Shown in pieces: positions 59,387 through 64,000 of a stretch of 64,000 nucleotides of DNA. Below the pieces are notes generated by a model. The model worked only from the letters and a program-made list of their open reading frames with translations, was not told the DNA's origin and ran no database searches. Origin of the DNA: Hyphochytrium catenoides (lineage: Eukaryota > Protista > Hyphochytriomycota); contig FLMG01001356.1 of assembly GCA_900088475.1 (NCBI GenBank), forward strand, positions 34,188 through 98,187. Direction: 5' to 3'. Within the stretch, counting starts at the first letter, position 1, and each line of letters opens with the position of its first letter. The position numbers were made by a program, and so were the translations under genes.

Positions 59387-61063
59387 ATGGCTCCCACCAA
59401 ATCTGCGATGCTGCCTAACAAATTGAAAGCCCATTCCGAGCTGGCTGTGGCGGCTTACATCTTCAAACACTTCTTCAATCGTCTAAGGAAGAGACCTGGC
59501 TTGGTGGCACTCTTCGCAACCCTATTTCTGCTCCACAAGCGATACCTAACATTTCCTCGACGACAGCTGCCTTATCTCCTATACAAAGTCGTTATAGCCG
59601 TTCTGACGGTAAGGCCATGAGCTAACAATCACAGATCACTTGCCTGTGTTTCTCAAGCGACGGCGCTTTGTCTCAGGTGACGAAGAATAACCTGATTCGA
59701 GGCCCAAAGTACCCTGAATGGACTTACCTCTTTGAGCTTGTGGTTACCGTGGTCCGGTGTGTTGGCATCCACGCTGACCCAGTTTATTGGGCACATCCAG
59801 CTTCGAGGTAGGCTTTGAGCTAACAGCCACGATTTTATGGCTTATCTTTATAAGGAATTTGGGGGGCATGCTTCCCAGGACGAACCTCTCCTTTGCCTTC
59901 GTGTTCACCTGTGCTGTCGTGTGCTATTTACTCTCTCTTTCTCTCTCTTTACCAGGACATTCATTGGTTGATGGTGCTTCACCCGTTGATGTTTACAAGG
60001 CTGGACGAGAACCATGCCTCCCTAGGTCCTATCTCATTAACCATGACCTCTCGCCAGGCGAATCTTCGAGGATTTTCAGTTCATCGCATTTACGCCTATT
60101 GCTAAGCTCTCCGCGTGGTGGTACTCGCTTACCCTTGAAGAGATGAAGATAATGGGGGTTCCTTGCTGCATTTTGACGCCGAAGCACGCCCCGGTGTTCT
60201 CGGTGGCTCGCGATGACGATTGTTACCTCCTTTACGTACATGGTGGAGGATACGTAGCAATGTCTCCTCGAAGTCACACAGATCTAGTGGCACGGATTAT
60301 GGAGAAGATGAACACCAAGTTCAAGCAGAGCCTCCTGCATCCAGAGCTGGACAAGCCGCCTAATGTTATTTCTATAGTTCCAGACTACTCGCTGGCTCCG
60401 CATAAGCCGTTCCCTGCAGGCCTGGAGGATATTGTCACGGTCTATCTTTACCTCCTAACAGAGAAAAGGATATCTCCTAACAGGATCGTCATGGCGGGAG
60501 ACTCAGCAGGAGGAGGGCTCACCATCGCTGTATTGCTGAGCCTCAAACGTAGGGGCTTCCCCATGCCTCGAGCGGTGGGATTGCTGTCTCCTTTCGTCGA
60601 TATGCAGTGCAGTGCTGAGGATGCAGATGGCTTCTGCTATATTACCAAGAACATGGTGGACTCCATCGCGTCGCAGTACCTTCCTCCGTCTTTTCAGCGC
60701 AAGCATTCTTATCCAGAAACTTCTCCAGTCAAGGCAGATCTTTCGGGTCTACCCCCGCTTCTCATTCAAGCCGGTGGAATCGAGCTCCTGCTGCCCGAGA
60801 TTCGGAAGGTAGTGGAGAACGCCAAGCGTTCCCAGGTACAAGTTCGCTATGAGGAATATCCCAACATGCCCCACGTCTTCCAGGGCTTCGAAGCCATACT
60901 TCCTGCCGCTAGTGGACCTTTAGAGAGCCTTGCCACCTTCTTTGTCACCCACATCAACTTGATTAGACCCGACAAGTTTCCCCGCGAAGGCTCAGGATCT
61001 CAGCTGCTGCAGCCGCTGCCGGTCAATAAGATTTGGCGCGTGGCATCAGCAGGCGTGTTTTAG
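59387..61063 (+). CDS. Alpha/beta hydrolase, hormone-sensitive-lipase family (Abhydrolase_3) (multi-exon)
   Basis: LYVHGGGY, PDYSLAPHKPFPAGLED, MAGDSAGGGL, LPPLLIQAGGIELL, MPHVFQ. Confidence 0.9.
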
Positions 61064-62028
61064 AGGCCAAGAAGTGATACTTTTTGAGACGAACTCCTAA
61101 ATCTTGAGGGAGGCGCCCACAGTTGTAGCTATGCTGTGCGCGCAGTTAATTTCAAGCTGCTATATGCTTGCATTTGGTTGCCAACAATCCCAACGCTATG
61201 CCTTCAGAAAGCTCCTTGCTGCCGGATCCTCGCCGGTCTCAGCTACTACATATCTAAGTCCCCACAAACAGCTTTGACATTAGAGCAACGCTTCCTGTTT
61301 ATCTGTTATGAGACCGCCAAAGTCTTATATGACGGTAGTACAATGCACATGTCATCTGGCATGCTTTGTCCTCGTGTTCTGTCTTGCCCAGTTACGTTGG
61401 GAACGAAGAGATATCAAAATGCCAGAGATCGGTGCACTAGCTACCGGCAGCATAAGAGCAAGCTCCCCTCCCCTTATCTGCGTGAGTCTTTCTTCTTCAC
61501 ATCTGCAGCTGAAGCTGTCACCTCCTGTTGAAGATCTGAAAAAGAAAGATCTGGCTTTCTCCTGTAACGACCGCTAACGCCAGGAAAAAAGATACGGAGG
61601 CGCTTCGTGCTACTGAAAGTTTGGAAGAAGACAGACAGAATGGAGTTCAGGCGCCCAACGACCAGCGATCGCACAGCTGGTCAGGAATGAGGAAGGAGCG
61701 AAGGGACAAGGTCGAAAGCGAAGGAGGTTAGGTGAGAGAGCGAAAGGGCCCTTGCGGATAGAGGGCAGAGATGTAACTACTACGGTAGAGGAAAGGTCAA
61801 CTGCGACAGGTCAATCAAGGAGATACCTGCGGGGCTTTCGCCATCGCGTGGTGCGTTCTATCCAACACGGAGCTGCTTCCCCAAACGCCTCTTGTCATGT
61901 GCTGCGTGTCCAAACGCGGATAGCTGTAAAGGCAGGACAGGCGGTTCGGTGCGGGCTGGCAGGAGCAGCGGTATAAAGCTCATATTTAGGTGGTGACCAG
62001 CCTCTCAGTGCCCCCGAACTCGCTGACC

Positions 62029-62359
62029 ATGGCGGTTGCTCGTGACAAGCAGGCTCCGTCAACAGGCGCTAAGTATCCCTTGACGGCAGGTTGGACAAAT
62101 GTTTACTGCTTCTTGGGCCCAGAGTTGCTCTGACAAGCGCTGCAGGGGCCATTACGGGGTGCATTGAGATCTGTATCACGTACCCCTTGGAGTATGTCAA
62201 GGTAAATCAAGAAGTGGCAGGCAGACAGGAGGGAGAATGAAAACATGAGAAAGGGGAGAGAGAGAGAGAGAGCAAAAGAGAAAGAGAGAGTGCAAAAGAG
62301 GAAAGAGAGAGAGAGGGGAGGGGAGAGAGAGAGGAGAGAAGGAGAGAGAGAGAGGAGGA

Positions 62360-62422
<63 letters not shown>

Positions 62423-63785
62423 TGAAGTGAGAGAAACAGGCACTGACGAGCCTAGAAACATAACTTTGCAGAACAAACTTAAGAAGGGAAAACCCCCCCG
62501 TAGAAGACACGAGAAATCGTGCACTTCGCCTGACCTTTGCTAATTTACGCCTTCCCACCTTTCTAACCCTAGACAATGGTGCAACTGACGGTGGCCGGAC
62601 ACTCCAACCCTGCCTCTCAGGCAAAGCTTGCCTTCAACTCTCCTCTAGAATGTGTCAGACACACCTACAAGACCCATGGAGTCAAAGGTTTCTATAAGGT
62701 GTACAGCCTACCGCCTGGCTTCCCCTTCCTTGCTTTCCATCTATCTCGTTGCAACTTCGTGTCTAGTCCGGCCCATGCAGCTTTCCACATCGCTTCTCTG
62801 CGGCTCCTAAGCGTAACGTGCCTCTGTGATCTATATATAATTTCCCTCTGCTCAGCGTCATCTTGTCTATCGCTTCTCCAGGGTATCCGTCCATTCCATC
62901 CTCCCTAACTATTCACATTCCAGGGCCTTTCCTCTTGGCTATTCTTCGCATTTCCGCGAAACAGTTCACGCTTTGCAACGTATGAGTGGACCATGAAAGC
63001 ACTTAGTTCTACCAATAGCTGGAACATCAATCATGCTCTAGTAGCAGGTGGAGTTGCCGGGATAGCTGAGGCCGCGTTAGTGATCACGCCCATGCAGAGC
63101 CTACAAGTCAAGCTGGCACACGACCAGGAGAAGCTAAGACCGCGCTTTAGAGGCTTCTTTCATGCAGTCTATCTTATTGGCAAAGAGGACAGATTCCGAG
63201 GACTTTTTGACGGCTTGGAAGCGACGGTCATCAAGGGCTGTATCAACAACGCCATCAGGTTCTCGTTGTACAGAGAGTTGAAACTGCACTTATTGAAGGA
63301 CTCTGAGAACAGTGAGCTATCGATGCTCCAGTCTTACTTGGCCGGCGCATGCTCAGGAGGAGTCAGCGCCTTCTTCACTCATCCTTTGGACGTGGTGCGT
63401 ACGAACATGCAAGGTCTAGACAAGGCACGGTTCAATGGAGTAACGGACTGCCTCAAAACCGTAATCAAGGATGAAGGACTCAAGGGTCTGTACAAGGTAA
63501 GGGAGGAACCCAAAAGAGAGACACGAAAGGGTAGTACTTGAAGAGTTAGAGACCAGAGATATGGCAGATGATGAGGATAGCACTGGCGAGTGTATGGGAT
63601 GACAAAGGATGTGAGATGGGAACAGGGTAGGGACAAGCTGAGCCTAACTTCCGCTTTGCTTTGTCTCCGACAAGGGATTTGCTCCTCGGGCCATGCGTGT
63701 TTGCACCGAGATCGGTCTACACTTCATGCTCTACGAACTGATCAACCGGAAACTTGAGCAAACTTTCGGAGACTCATACTTTTAG
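62029..63785 (+). CDS. Mitochondrial carrier, citrate/tricarboxylate carrier-like (SLC25A1-like) (multi-exon)
   Basis: GCIEICITYPLEYVK/TMVQL, ITPMQSLQVKL, NNAIRF, HPLDVVRTNMQGL, YK/GFAPRAMRV. Confidence 0.88.
62235..62421. repeat. (AG)n microsatellite in a carrier intron
   Basis: Directly visible. Confidence 0.9.
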
Positions 63786-63826
63786 ACTTAACTATCACAG
63801 TTTTTCTTTCTCCTCGTAAATTATCT

Positions 63827-64000
63827 TTAGAGCTTGCTGGGTGCTTGGATCTTATGCAGCCAGTCGACAAGGATCTTATTGACCTCCACTGGACGCTCCT
63901 GCTGAACGAAGTGTCCGGCTTCTTCCACATGTCCTCTGCTTAGCTGGGGAACGACCTTCTCCATGTGCTTGCTCATGGCGGGTGTGAGTACAGGATCCTT
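63827..64000 (-). CDS. EPHX2: 3' end of a soluble epoxide hydrolase-like alpha/beta hydrolase with PTS1 (-SKL)
   Basis: Manual translation KDPVLTPAMSKHMEKVVPQLSRGHVEEAGHFVQQERPVEVNKILVDWLHKIQAPSKL*, with catalytic Asp (KDPV) and His (GHFVQ). Not present in the ORF track. Confidence 0.8.
   Translation of the reverse strand, partial: KDPVLTPAMSKHMEKVVPQLSRGHVEEAGHFVQQERPVEVNKILVDWLHKIQAPSKL

Overview
Gene-dense, intron-rich eukaryotic nuclear DNA from a probably flagellated, meiosis-capable protist. A stramenopile-like host is plausible but cannot be proven from this window. About 17 protein-coding genes can be reconstructed by manual splicing: KIF12-like kinesin, two-RRM SR splicing factor, Sds22/PPP1R7, a TM+PH orphan, an SLC38-like transporter, an intronless FMN-dependent azoreductase, PPIP5K/Vip1, SRRM1 (PWI), an androglobin-like calpain-domain protein, an Hv1-type proton channel, a zinc-ribbon/SAP/UBA orphan, MSH5, a securin-like D-box protein, HRD1, an HSL-family hydrolase, a mitochondrial citrate carrier, and the 3' end of an epoxide hydrolase ending in -SKL. 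The main accessory region (about 26.1-32 kb) is an island. It holds an intronless Crinkler/RHS-type NTPase+restriction-endonuclease gene with a heptad-repeat header, debris of RLE-type non-LTR retrotransposons, and two direct copies of a SINE-like element (Pol III A/B-box-like head, (AG)n tail) that bracket the effector. Most short ORFs in the supplied track are single exons, antisense shadows or (CT)n artefacts. All homology calls come from motif recognition by eye; no database searches were run.
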